Shown piece after piece: positions 25,314 to 34,866 of a DNA stretch of 40,541 bases. Both the position numbers and the translations under genes were made by a program. Position 1 is the first letter of the stretch. Each line of letters opens with the position of its first letter. Under the pieces are notes generated by a model. The model did not search any database, was not told where the DNA came from, and saw only the letters and a list, made by a program, of their open reading frames with translations. The DNA is from Bryobacterales bacterium (GTDB lineage: Bacteria > Acidobacteriota > Terriglobia > Bryobacterales > Bryobacteraceae): positions 1-40,541 of the forward strand of contig JBBSHP010000001.1 in NCBI GenBank assembly GCA_038232555.1, written 5' to 3'.

Positions 25314-26774
25314 TTAGCCGGCCCCAGCAGTTTGCGGTTTCATATGGCTTACAGTGCTGCTGGCCCCGCCTTGCTCTGCATGCCAGATTATTTGGAGTTT
25401 GGCCTCGACAGCGTCAATCAACGGCAGCAAGATGGAACTGGCCAGCGGGTTAACCCCTTCCAGGCAGAAGATAACGGAGCCTGATGGCATTAGCGAAATG
25501 GCCAGCTGCCGCGATTGTTTCCTTGCGCCAGGGCGCAACTCCTGTTCGAAGGTGCTGCCCCCAGCGTTCAAGCATACATAAGTGAAGCCGGCCGTCTGGC
25601 ATGCGTGCGCCAAGGCCTCCCAGCATTCTCCGATGTCGGTCGCCCGAGCTATCGCTTGTTGTGCCTCTTTCACGCAAATCTTTAGCCGAAGAAGAACTCG
25701 AATTTCACCTTCAACTAAAAACCTCCTGAACACGCCGAATTCAACGTACTTCAATTGCCGCAAGCCCAAGTAAGCGAGGGAGCAGAAAAGCAATAACAGG
25801 ACAGTTCCGGCTCGCGGATGAACCACCGTTTGTAGCACGGCGAGAGCTGCGGCCAACCCGGAGACACCGCAGAGAACCAGAGCCGCCGCTCGTTGTGTTA
25901 GTCCCAGAGAGAGCAAGCGGTGATGGATGTGGTTTCGGTCTGCATCAAAAATGGGCTGCTGTCGCAGGAAGCGGCGCATCACGGAGACCGCTACTTCTAT
26001 GGTGGGGAAAGCCATTGCGACGAGCGGTGCCATCAAGCCTAGCCCTGTTGACGTGCCTTGGTTCCAAAGGAGGCCATAGCAGCCCAGCAGGAACCCGACA
26101 AGCAGGCTCCCCCCGTCCCCCAGAAAAATCGACGCTGGGTTCCTGTTGTAATACAAAAAGCCCAATAATCCGCCAACTAACGGTACAATGGCGAGGGCCA
26201 GAGCCGGGTTATGCTGAATCAACGCGGCAATAAGTGTACCGATTGCCGCCATGAGCGCCACGCCCGACGCTAAACCGTCCAACCCGTCAATCAAGTTGAA
26301 GGCATTCATGCAGAATACGAGCCAAAAGACAGTCAGTGGATAGATCCACCACTGAGGTAATGGGGGCGCGGAAACCGGACCCAAGTGGATGCCCGCCCAG
26401 CAGGCCCAAGCCGCGCCGATGAATTGGCCGGCAATCTTCTTCGACGGTGACAATCCCCGGAAGTCATCGATCAGACCCGTGGCGAATACGATCATCGCTG
26501 CTGGAATCAGGCGTATCAGCAACAAAATACTCGGGTCGTTTTGTTTGAATATGCCTTTCCATAGCGACGCGATCACGAGCACGATGGCGAGGATCACAAA
26601 GTAGCTGATAGCTACAGGGATTCCCCCGATCCGCGGAATCGGGCGTCCATGCAGCTTCCGATGATTATCCGGGACATCCACAAGATCCAAAAAGCCGAAT
26701 AGATCCCGGAAAAAGGGGGTAAGGATTAGCGATACGAGTAGCGAGCAGATGCCAACGATAATTAGTGCGCTCAT
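25314..26774 (-). CDS. WecA/MraY-family polyprenyl-phosphate hexosamine-1-phosphate transferase (initiating enzyme) with a roughly 150-aa C-terminal extension
   Basis: PIPRIGGIPV, LIDDFRGLSPSKK, NAFNLIDGLDGLASG and FLGDGGSLLVGF. 486 aa, compared with roughly 360 aa for typical WecA. ATGA overlap with the upstream gene. Confidence 0.85.
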   Translation of the reverse strand: MSALIIVGICSLLVSLILTPFFRDLFGFLDLVDVPDNHRKLHGRPIPRIGGIPVAISYFVILAIVLVIASLWKGIFKQNDPSILLLIRLIPAAMIVFATGLIDDFRGLSPSKKIAGQFIGAAWACWAGIHLGPVSAPPLPQWWIYPLTVFWLVFCMNAFNLIDGLDGLASGVALMAAIGTLIAALIQHNPALALAIVPLVGGLLGFLYYNRNPASIFLGDGGSLLVGFLLGCYGLLWNQGTSTGLGLMAPLVAMAFPTIEVAVSVMRRFLRQQPIFDADRNHIHHRLLSLGLTQRAAALVLCGVSGLAAALAVLQTVVHPRAGTVLLLLFCSLAYLGLRQLKYVEFGVFRRFLVEGEIRVLLRLKICVKEAQQAIARATDIGECWEALAHACQTAGFTYVCLNAGGSTFEQELRPGARKQSRQLAISLMPSGSVIFCLEGVNPLASSILLPLIDAVEAKLQIIWHAEQGGASSTVSHMKPQTAGAG

Positions 26775-28015
26775 GAAGGTGCCTTGCCCAAAACTGAAAA
26801 ACGATTGGAATCGGAGTGCGAATCGGCTTTGCGCCGCGGCAATATATCAGCCCCGATGATGCCGCAAATGCGTGCGACACCTCGATGCAAGTCGTAATGC
26901 GCCAAAAACGCCTGCCTTGCCCGGGAACCTGCAACACGGTGCATTGTCGGATTTAGCGCTAGCTCATTCAGCAGGTCCAAAAGACCCTGGGTATCTCCGC
27001 AGTCTATCTGCCATCCGCACTGAAATCGCTGAATGATCCTGCTCGGCGTTGCGTCTCGAGGCCCGATGAAAAGTAAAGGCCGTCCGGCGGCCATTATTCC
27101 ATAGACTTTGCTTGGCACCACAGTCCCGCAGCAGGAGTCCAGTTGGGTAACTAAGCCGAGATCACCCTGTGCGAGATTTACAGCCATGTCATCGCGGCTG
27201 CCGTAAGGAAGAAACGAGACGTTCTCGAGTCCGTTTCGCGCGCACGCGTCTTTCAATCCCTTGCGGCGCGCGCCTCCACCGGCGAAAAGGAAACGGAAGC
27301 GCTTGTTATGGCGCAACTTATTTATGCAGGAAAGGATCGTCTCCGTATCGTGGAGCAGGCCGAGGTTGCCGGAATACAGAATCGTAAGCTGCCCATCGTC
27401 GCCGCGCAGCAGAGGATAAATAAGCGTACCGTCGGACCAATTTTCGGCAACGTGGATTTTGTGAGACGGAATGCCGCGGGCGAGTAACCGCTGCCGCATG
27501 CATTCGCCTAGAGCGATCACCCCGTCGGAGCGCTTTCGAGAATAATCCGCAATTGCGCCAAGCACGCGCAGGACGAAAGAAGTTGGCGGCAACATGCCCG
27601 CGTCCACCAGTGCATCCGGGAAAAGATCCATCTCCCAAATAAAATGCCTGCGATGTCGTAACTTTCGGAGCAGAGTGCCCAGGAACGGCAACATCGGAGG
27701 CGTAGTTAAAGTTATCACCACATCCGCGCGCTCGATGGTCGCTCCCTTCCACAGTGCTCCAGCGAGAAAGGTTATATAGGACGCTGCGCGAGAGAGTTTT
27801 CCAGAGCCGAATTGGGAACCCGGAATACGATGCACCGTTACTGGCGGGGGCTGCTCGGTGCTCTCACTAGCCGCATACAGACCTTGGCTGCACAGTACGG
27901 CAACGTCATGCCCCTGCTTGGCAAGCGCTCTGGAAACGTCCGTTAATAATTGGCTGGTGGGAGCAGCGTCCGGCCAGAAGAACTGATTAATCAAGAGAAC
28001 TCGCATGTGCTTCAT
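26771..28015 (-). CDS. GT4-family glycosyltransferase, WcaI-like
   Basis: N-terminus MRVLLINQFFWPDAAPTSQLLTDV, and a C-terminal VVPSKVYGIMAAGRPLLFIG block typical of WcaI-type enzymes. Confidence 0.8.
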   Translation of the reverse strand: MKHMRVLLINQFFWPDAAPTSQLLTDVSRALAKQGHDVAVLCSQGLYAASESTEQPPPVTVHRIPGSQFGSGKLSRAASYITFLAGALWKGATIERADVVITLTTPPMLPFLGTLLRKLRHRRHFIWEMDLFPDALVDAGMLPPTSFVLRVLGAIADYSRKRSDGVIALGECMRQRLLARGIPSHKIHVAENWSDGTLIYPLLRGDDGQLTILYSGNLGLLHDTETILSCINKLRHNKRFRFLFAGGGARRKGLKDACARNGLENVSFLPYGSRDDMAVNLAQGDLGLVTQLDSCCGTVVPSKVYGIMAAGRPLLFIGPRDATPSRIIQRFQCGWQIDCGDTQGLLDLLNELALNPTMHRVAGSRARQAFLAHYDLHRGVARICGIIGADILPRRKADSHSDSNRFSVLGKAPS

Positions 28016-28644
28016 GTCCGCGATTTGCGGTTCGTGGGGACCAACCGCAGATCTTGTATATCGTCTTGTGCGCCGCCCACCGGCCCAACCACATTGCGCA
28101 ATACACGTAGCCGGATGAAATGTGCCGGGTTCCCGGCATGCACCTCATAGGCGGGGATGTCCTTGGTCGCCACGCTCCCACCGGAGAGTACGGCGCATTG
28201 CCCCACCGTCACTCCCGGTGCAATCATCGCCCGGGCACCCACCCACGCTCCAGCCTCAATTTCAATCGGCCCGAGAAGTAACCCAAAGCCAGGATCGGAC
28301 CAATCGTGATTCCCGGTACAAAGATAAGCTCCCTGGGAAATGCACACGTTGTCGCCGAGCGTCACCTGATCCAGGTTGTCGATCCAACAATCCTCTCCGA
28401 TCCAACAATGGCTTCCGACCTTCAGTCGCCAAGGGTACTTAACGCGAACTCCAGGCTTGATGATCACGCCTTCCGCTATCTCTGCGCCAAATAGCCGGAG
28501 CAGACTTCGGCGCACCTTCGATAGGGGTAACAAAGGACAACGCAACACCGGGAGCCCGACAAAGAACCAGGCGGCTTGCAGGTAAGCCGGACGTCCGGGT
28601 TTATACCAGCGGTTCTCATATTTAGAAAGATCTACCGTCGTCAC
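28012..28644 (-). CDS. Hexapeptide-repeat O-acetyltransferase, WcaF-like
   Basis: Left-handed beta-helix repeats (IGEDCWIDNLDQVTLGDNVCISQGAYLCTGNHD..., IEAGAWVGARAMIAPGVTVGQCAVLSGGSVATKDIP). The N-terminus DLSKYENRWYKPGRP...AAWFFVG resembles colanic-acid WcaF. GTG start. Confidence 0.8.
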   Translation of the reverse strand: MTTVDLSKYENRWYKPGRPAYLQAAWFFVGLPVLRCPLLPLSKVRRSLLRLFGAEIAEGVIIKPGVRVKYPWRLKVGSHCWIGEDCWIDNLDQVTLGDNVCISQGAYLCTGNHDWSDPGFGLLLGPIEIEAGAWVGARAMIAPGVTVGQCAVLSGGSVATKDIPAYEVHAGNPAHFIRLRVLRNVVGPVGGAQDDIQDLRLVPTNRKSRT

Positions 28645-28656
28645 GCTTAACCCGGA

Positions 28657-29880
28657 TCACATCAGTTCAACGGAACTTGGTTTATTCCCGCCGAGCATCC
28701 AAGTATAAACTTCAGCCATCTGAGCGCCAATAACCGCCCATTGATAGTGACGGTCAATCATTCGTTTACCCCGCGCTCCCATAGCGGACGCTTCGGCGTG
28801 GGGAAGACGGAAGAACTCGTTTAATGCATGTTCGATTGAGCCCTGATTCGGTTCAATCACCCAGCCGCAACCCTGCTGGGCGACTTGCGGGATGTTGCAA
28901 TTTTTCGTGACGATAACCGGCACGCGCATTCCAAGCGCTTCGAGCACCGCCATGCTAAAACCTTCCGAGTACGAAGGTAGTATGAAGGCTTGCGCCGCGG
29001 CTAAAGCGCTCCATTTATGAGCGCCGGCGAGCATTCCCGTAAACGTAACATGTTCACGAATGTCAGCCTTCTCAATCAGAGTCTCCAGCTTGGCGCGCGT
29101 GTTTTCAAAGTCCGGTCCTGCGATAACCAGATGGGCGCCGTCGTGTTTTTTGACGGTTGGAAGCCACGCGTTGATAAGGTTGTCCAGGCCCTTTTTGTGG
29201 TGTAAACGCCCAAGAAATAGAACGATTCTTTTCGCGGCTAGACCCGGATAGGCATCCAGAAAGAGATCACGATTTACGGAGGATGGTATCTCGACTCCAT
29301 TGGGAACAACAGCTATAGGATTTTTGAGACCAATTCGCCTGTAGTCTCCAACCTCGGTATGCGTAAGCGCACGCAGGCAAGCGGCATTATGCAGGCTCTT
29401 GGTTTCAATGAGTGTGGCGTAAAACGCCTTTTTCATCTTCTTGTTCTGCAACGCCCAGCGTTCAAGCATTCCATGGGCGGAAATCATATACGGGCGTTTA
29501 CGCTTGTGTGCGACACGCGCGGCTGCCGCGCAGTGCATTTCCCACAGACCGTGGATGTGGACCCCATCCACCTTATCGATTTCAATCGCAAGTTTACGGC
29601 GGCTTTGGGATCGCAACATCCAGCGCAATCTACCCGGCGAAACGCAAGTAACGTGATGGCCGGCCAGGTGCTTCTGTCGTAGTTCAGCGGAGTCGCAGAA
29701 TCCAATAATGGGCGAACCCCAACCCGTATCGCGCATGACCCGGCACAGCGGTGGCAAGGACGCGGCAATCCCTCCGTAAGAAGGGTCGAGATGTGATATG
29801 ACCTGTAACCAAGATGAGACTGCGAGCTTAGGCGGCGCTTCGACCGGAGATGGGTTCATGAGTGACAATGACACGTGCAA
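28657..29880 (-). CDS. GT4-family glycosyltransferase
   Basis: EX7E in FILPSYSEGFSMAVLEALGMRVPVIV. Start uncertain: TTG at 29880 (ORF track), GTG at 29874 (GGAGG with a 6-nt spacer), or ATG at 29859. Confidence 0.8.
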   Translation of the reverse strand: MHVSLSLMNPSPVEAPPKLAVSSWLQVISHLDPSYGGIAASLPPLCRVMRDTGWGSPIIGFCDSAELRQKHLAGHHVTCVSPGRLRWMLRSQSRRKLAIEIDKVDGVHIHGLWEMHCAAAARVAHKRKRPYMISAHGMLERWALQNKKMKKAFYATLIETKSLHNAACLRALTHTEVGDYRRIGLKNPIAVVPNGVEIPSSVNRDLFLDAYPGLAAKRIVLFLGRLHHKKGLDNLINAWLPTVKKHDGAHLVIAGPDFENTRAKLETLIEKADIREHVTFTGMLAGAHKWSALAAAQAFILPSYSEGFSMAVLEALGMRVPVIVTKNCNIPQVAQQGCGWVIEPNQGSIEHALNEFFRLPHAEASAMGARGKRMIDRHYQWAVIGAQMAEVYTWMLGGNKPSSVELM

Positions 29881-31012
29881 CCTCCTCTGCCCAATGTTCT
29901 AGCGAATAATGCGCGATCAGCTCTTGCGACGCACGGGCCATGCATTGCTGCTGATTCTCGTCTGAGCGCTCCAAGCGCAACATGCAATCGCTTAACTCCA
30001 CCTCATTGCCGGCATCGAACCGAAATCCATTTCGTCCATCCTGGACCAGATCATCGGCACAGCCGCATTGGGAGGACACGATCACGGGCAACCCTGAGGC
30101 CATGGCCTCATTGACAACCAACCCCCAAGGTTCACGCCAACTTGGCAGCACAAAGCAGTTCGCGAAGGCGTAGTAGGGCGCCAATTCATGAGTGGTCTTC
30201 AATCCAGTGAAATAGACCGTATTGGACAACCCCGCCTGTTCAATCTGTTCGTGAAGGCGATCCGAGAGCGGGCCGTCCCCCACCATCACCAGCGACCATT
30301 GGCCGCCCTGGTCGCGGAACCTTTTGAAGGAGCGAATCAGCGTTTCCAGATTCTTCTCCGGCGCGAGTCTACCGACATACAAAAAGTAGCGTCCGGGCAA
30401 ACCCATTTCAGGATCCCGCCCTATTTGCCTGCGCTCAGCGGCTTGTTGTTCAAAGTAAGAATTATCGACAACGTCGTAAAACAGAGCCAGTTGATCGTCT
30501 CGGAAGCCGAGGCTACGCGCGTACGACAGATGTCTCTTACCGCCGGTAATAGCCGCATCGAACAGAGTGGAAACAAGTAACCGCTTCACTGCTTCCTTCC
30601 ATCCCGCTCGCGCATGATCTTCGCGTGTGCTTTCAGTCATCAGAACAGCCTTTCGGCCGTGTAGCTTGCTCCAAAAGGCGGCAGCCAGGGCGGGGAGCGT
30701 ATAGTAGCCCGGGATCAGCACAGCCTCGGGATTAAGATGGTCCAGTTTATGCCATACCAGCACTGCAAGTTCCAGTTGCCTGGCATTTGTCCAGGAGGCG
30801 TCGGGCAAAAGAGTTGAGACAGCCAACCCATTTCTTTCATCGGTGCGGAACACGAGACCTCGATGCACGCCTTCGCCGCCAACGAGTTCAATTCCCGCCA
30901 CTTTTCCGGACAGAAAGCGCGAACTCGATAAGGCGCGGAAACGCGCGACATGATACGAGTACCAGTCGATCCAGATGACAGCCAAGCGAACAGAGTTGAT
31001 TTTGAGCGGCAT
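29828..31012 (-). CDS. GT4-family glycosyltransferase
   Basis: EX7E in CFVLPSWREPWGLVVNEAMASGLPVIV. The ATG overlaps the upstream stop (TAATG). Confidence 0.8.
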   Translation of the reverse strand: MPLKINSVRLAVIWIDWYSYHVARFRALSSSRFLSGKVAGIELVGGEGVHRGLVFRTDERNGLAVSTLLPDASWTNARQLELAVLVWHKLDHLNPEAVLIPGYYTLPALAAAFWSKLHGRKAVLMTESTREDHARAGWKEAVKRLLVSTLFDAAITGGKRHLSYARSLGFRDDQLALFYDVVDNSYFEQQAAERRQIGRDPEMGLPGRYFLYVGRLAPEKNLETLIRSFKRFRDQGGQWSLVMVGDGPLSDRLHEQIEQAGLSNTVYFTGLKTTHELAPYYAFANCFVLPSWREPWGLVVNEAMASGLPVIVSSQCGCADDLVQDGRNGFRFDAGNEVELSDCMLRLERSDENQQQCMARASQELIAHYSLEHWAEEVARVIVTHEPISGRSAA

Positions 31013-32379
31013 TAAGCCGGGGTTGACCAGGGCGAACGGCCTACGGTTGCGAAAGGCGATAAGTCCGGAAGCATCAGGCCGGCAAGCTCGGCGTCGTCTT
31101 TATCTTGCGCCCGTCGAGCCCGGATCCATACGATCCAAATTGGAACCGAGAGCAGCAGAAGCCGGAAGATTACGGCTTCCATCGTTTGCATAACCATGTA
31201 AACGGACAAAGCGGCCATGACAATGTACTGAGTTACCCAAGGTCCCCCATGTGAGTACGTCCTCCGCCACACTCCCGCGTACGAAAACCCAATAGACCAC
31301 AGCGCGATGAAACTACCCCAGCGGAATTCAATCCACAGATCCGCGATGAGTCCCGGCGCGGATCCCTCGGCTCCGTTCCATCCCAATGTTTCGGAAAAGC
31401 CTTCTCCGGTTCCGGAGTTGTGCATCAACTCCGGTAGCCCGACATCCTCGTACTTGTTGGGCCAGACGGCGCTCGGAATTGGCCGCACAAAAATTTCGGC
31501 GAGGTAGCGGCGGCCCCAGTAGAAGTGTTCACGCTGCTCCGCGCTTAGAATAGACCCCGCGCCATAGATATATTCATTTCCGGCGTCCGGTTTCTCAACG
31601 ATAGTTGTAATATCGGTTGTAAGTTCCCCCTCGGACCCCAGATAGATGCTCCCCCGGTTTGAAACCAGGAAGAGCATTAATAAACCTAACGCGAGCCCGG
31701 CGGAAGCGGCGACCACTAAGCGCGGGCGCCTGCGGCGATTCATGTAATAGCCGGTAGCTATAACGATGCCGATCATGAATGTCGGCCCACGCCGTGAGGT
31801 AAGCACCGCCTGAGCTATCCACGGTCCAATCAGGCCGGCTAGCACGATCAAATAACTGACTTGGATACGCCACTGCAGAACGGCCGTCAGTATCAACAGA
31901 AAACCCGGAAATATCAGTAGCGATCCATCGCGAATATACCCACTGTCGTCCCAGCCGCCGCTGTAAGGACGGCTGAACGCCTCATGAAAGCCACCCACAT
32001 TAACGATACTGATCATCCAGGCCGCCAATCCCACAAAACCGATTACCATGCCTCCGTTGAGGAGGATGCGCGCGGCGGAAGCGCCCAAATTAGGGGCAAT
32101 TTCGGTTTGCTTTACGCGACAGCCGCCGGTTAAACAACCTTGTATCAGACACGCTACCCCGAGAAGATTCCAGCACTGAACACTGAATAGTTGATCGGGC
32201 TGGAAAAATCCGTCCAGCCCGCCGGCACGGCTGAGTTTCATCGGCATCCATCCGTATAAGAACATCAGCATGGGCCCGAGGAACATTAATGGATGAAAGA
32301 CGTCGCGGCTGCCGGCGTAGGCATAGATCATGCTCGCCGCGATTGTGGCCATCGTCGCCCAAAGTAAAAATTCAAACAT
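31012..32379 (-). CDS. wzy: Wzy-like oligosaccharide repeat-unit polymerase
   Basis: 455 aa with about 10-12 TM segments and a large extracytoplasmic loop (YWGRRYLAEIFVRPIPSAVWPNKYEDVGLPELMHNSGTG...). It sits among GT genes next to a flippase and co-polymerase. The assignment rests on topology and context, not a strict motif. Confidence 0.6.
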   Translation of the reverse strand: MFEFLLWATMATIAASMIYAYAGSRDVFHPLMFLGPMLMFLYGWMPMKLSRAGGLDGFFQPDQLFSVQCWNLLGVACLIQGCLTGGCRVKQTEIAPNLGASAARILLNGGMVIGFVGLAAWMISIVNVGGFHEAFSRPYSGGWDDSGYIRDGSLLIFPGFLLILTAVLQWRIQVSYLIVLAGLIGPWIAQAVLTSRRGPTFMIGIVIATGYYMNRRRRPRLVVAASAGLALGLLMLFLVSNRGSIYLGSEGELTTDITTIVEKPDAGNEYIYGAGSILSAEQREHFYWGRRYLAEIFVRPIPSAVWPNKYEDVGLPELMHNSGTGEGFSETLGWNGAEGSAPGLIADLWIEFRWGSFIALWSIGFSYAGVWRRTYSHGGPWVTQYIVMAALSVYMVMQTMEAVIFRLLLLSVPIWIVWIRARRAQDKDDAELAGLMLPDLSPFATVGRSPWSTPA

Positions 32380-33644
32380 TAGCGTGCGGAACCGGCTGTA
32401 ATAGGTCCGACAACTTCCGCCACCCGCTGGCGGAATCGAGCCCAGGTGAAGTGCTCCGCCGTTTGCCGCGCAGCTTGGCCCATATTGCGGAGGTCTCGCC
32501 GGTGACTCATCATCCAGTCAATCCGCTCCGCTAACGCGCCGGCATCCCCGGGCCCCAAGATAAAACCTTCCTGGCCTGAGCGAATAAGATCGGGAGCGGC
32601 AGTTCTCGTGGTACTCACAATGGGCAGCCCGGACGCCATGGCCTCCAGTAGCACATGGCCAAATCCTTCGGCAAGGGAAGGAAACACAAATGCATCAGCG
32701 GATTGGTAGGCCGCGAGCAACTCCTGCGCATTTACAAACGGCCGTACCTGAACGTGGTCTTTGAAAGGCTGGAACAGGTCCAAGGAGTCCACTGTTCTTC
32801 CGCAAACAATCAGTTCGAGATCAGCCGGATGGAAACGGCGTATTGCTTCGAGCAGATACTTAATACCCTTCCTCTGAGTAATAGTGCCAACAAAAAGCAG
32901 GCGAAGCTTGTGGTTGTTCGGCCGCGCCGTTCGGGCCTGAAAATCGGGGCAAAAGTGGTTTAAGTCAACTCCATACGGGATAACCGAGATGCGTTCCCCG
33001 GCAACGCCGCTTTCCACCAGCGTTTGCCGCGTAAACGAAGACGCCGCAATCCAGTGATCCGCCATCCCGCTTTCCTGGACAAGCCGTTCGAAATCCTCTG
33101 GCGGCAGGGCGAGTTCCCATTCTTTATCCAAGGAAGATGCGCATTCCGGATAAGCTACCCGCTCCTGTTCCAATATCTCCCGCACGCGGCCCGGATGTGG
33201 ATGCACTTGAAAGAGAATGCGAGGCTGATTGCCATGCACGGAAGAGAAAGCATTATAAGCGTAATAGCTGTAGCTTACGAGCGCCGCACCCCGCCGGCCG
33301 GCCAGTCGGCCGGCGTACTCGCCAAGGCATTTATCCGACCATCGAATCGCCCGGCGCTGCCACTCAAACGGCGTCCACCTCAACTTACCAATACCGAACG
33401 AACCTACTCCGCTAAACGCACAGGTCTTAACGTGCCGCGCGGGGAGCCCGTCCGAATATCGTTTCCGAAGCGCTTTAACCACCGCGGATGGACTACACCT
33501 TTCCGCAAAACGAGCCCATCCGTGGTCACCCGGCCAGTACAAATCGGTGACCAAGGCCTCCAGCAGGCCAGCTTCTTCCAGCGCTCGCGCGACGTGATAT
33601 CCGTCTCGCGCACCCCGGTGAACGACGACTGTTTTCGCGGCCAT
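32379..33644 (-). CDS. GT4-family glycosyltransferase
   Basis: EX7E in FVFPSLAEGFGHVLLEAMASGLPIVST. ATG start, with a TAATG overlap onto the downstream gene. Confidence 0.75.
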   Translation of the reverse strand: MAAKTVVVHRGARDGYHVARALEEAGLLEALVTDLYWPGDHGWARFAERCSPSAVVKALRKRYSDGLPARHVKTCAFSGVGSFGIGKLRWTPFEWQRRAIRWSDKCLGEYAGRLAGRRGAALVSYSYYAYNAFSSVHGNQPRILFQVHPHPGRVREILEQERVAYPECASSLDKEWELALPPEDFERLVQESGMADHWIAASSFTRQTLVESGVAGERISVIPYGVDLNHFCPDFQARTARPNNHKLRLLFVGTITQRKGIKYLLEAIRRFHPADLELIVCGRTVDSLDLFQPFKDHVQVRPFVNAQELLAAYQSADAFVFPSLAEGFGHVLLEAMASGLPIVSTTRTAAPDLIRSGQEGFILGPGDAGALAERIDWMMSHRRDLRNMGQAARQTAEHFTWARFRQRVAEVVGPITAGSAR

Positions 33645-33688
33645 TATTGTGTGACAAGTCCAGGTCGAACAGCTCTAATTAGCGGCGC

Positions 33689-34819
33689 TCAGACCAGTTC
33701 TAGAAAGTGTTGCCGCATTTTCGCGGAAGCAATCGGCCATGTGAATTGTTGGCATCGCTGCTTTCCGAGTTTGGCATACTGTTCCCGGATCGCCTTATGG
33801 CGAAGTAAGGTATCCAGAGCCTCAACATGAGCGGTCGGCACATCCGGCGGAACTAACACCGCCGCGGATCCGGCCACCTCCGGAATGGAAGCGCAATTAC
33901 AGGCCACCACGGGCGTTCCACAGGCCATGGCCTCCAGAATGGGGATTCCGAAGCCCTCGTAACGACTGGGAAACCAAACGGCGTGGGCATGGTAGTAGAG
34001 AGAACATAAAGCTTCGTCCCCCACAAACCCGGTAAACACCATGGAACCTGCGCCCAACGAGCGAGCGCACTGCTCGAAATAGGGATCGCAGTGTCCCGCG
34101 ATGACCAGCAAGAGGTTCGGGTATTTTTCCCGGAGCAACGGCCAGGCATCAAGGACAAGGGGCGCATTCTTACGATAATGAAGACCTCCGGGCAGCAGCA
34201 CGAAAGTTCGTGAGCTCAGGCCCGCCTGCCGGATGAACTCCTCTCCTTGATTGCTAACGGGATTTGAAAACCGCGGCGGTGCTGCATTATGAACGACGCG
34301 GAGACGAGACCGGATTTCAGGAAAAAACGTCCCGAGCCGTTCGGCCGAGAAAGAAGAAACCGTGTGAAACAGATCCGCTCTGCGAGCCAGCATCGAATAC
34401 AAGAGGCTCCACTTGAGCCGCTGCTTAATCATGCCCAGACTTTTTCTATGGGCATCTCTCTCGAAATAGGCGGCATCATGTAATGTCACAACTAGCCTCG
34501 ATTTCAAAGTTGGAACATAGGCTTCCGTCGTGCAATGCACTATGTCCGCTTCCGGCCAATACCGTTCTGCGCGCGGCCGCCCCGTGCATAGCCAGCGCGC
34601 CTGTTGCGCTGATGTATCGGCCGAGAACAAATGATAAGAGAACTGGGTCCAGGGCAAACCGACTCGCGGTACAACCGTCGCATGATCCTTGGAATCGCCT
34701 AGAATGCGAAGGTTCACATCCTCCTCGCGAGCTAGATGCTCGGTGAGCTGACGCGCAACACGCCCGGCTCCGGTTGAGCCGTAAATATTCCGCAGATGCA
34801 CATAGGAAAGAATATTCAT
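33689..34819 (-). CDS. GT4-family glycosyltransferase
   Basis: EX7E in VWFPSRYEGFGIPILEAMACGTPVVA. N-terminus MNILSYVHLRNIYGSTGAGRV. Confidence 0.8.
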   Translation of the reverse strand: MNILSYVHLRNIYGSTGAGRVARQLTEHLAREEDVNLRILGDSKDHATVVPRVGLPWTQFSYHLFSADTSAQQARWLCTGRPRAERYWPEADIVHCTTEAYVPTLKSRLVVTLHDAAYFERDAHRKSLGMIKQRLKWSLLYSMLARRADLFHTVSSFSAERLGTFFPEIRSRLRVVHNAAPPRFSNPVSNQGEEFIRQAGLSSRTFVLLPGGLHYRKNAPLVLDAWPLLREKYPNLLLVIAGHCDPYFEQCARSLGAGSMVFTGFVGDEALCSLYYHAHAVWFPSRYEGFGIPILEAMACGTPVVACNCASIPEVAGSAAVLVPPDVPTAHVEALDTLLRHKAIREQYAKLGKQRCQQFTWPIASAKMRQHFLELV

Positions 34820-34866
34820 GCTCGGATGGGCACTACCCTGACCATACGGGGGCTAAAAATCCAAAT

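Noticed and set aside
33024-33830. Long plus-strand ORFs antisense to the operon: 33024-33830 (268 aa), 38858-39487 (209 aa), 18595-19218 (207 aa), 14819-15421 (200 aa), 8248-8736 (162 aa).
   Set aside because: Each lies entirely inside a minus-strand gene with strong family motifs. Their translations are Arg/Pro/Ser-rich and low in complexity, with no recognisable motif. This is typical of shadow ORFs in moderately GC-rich DNA.
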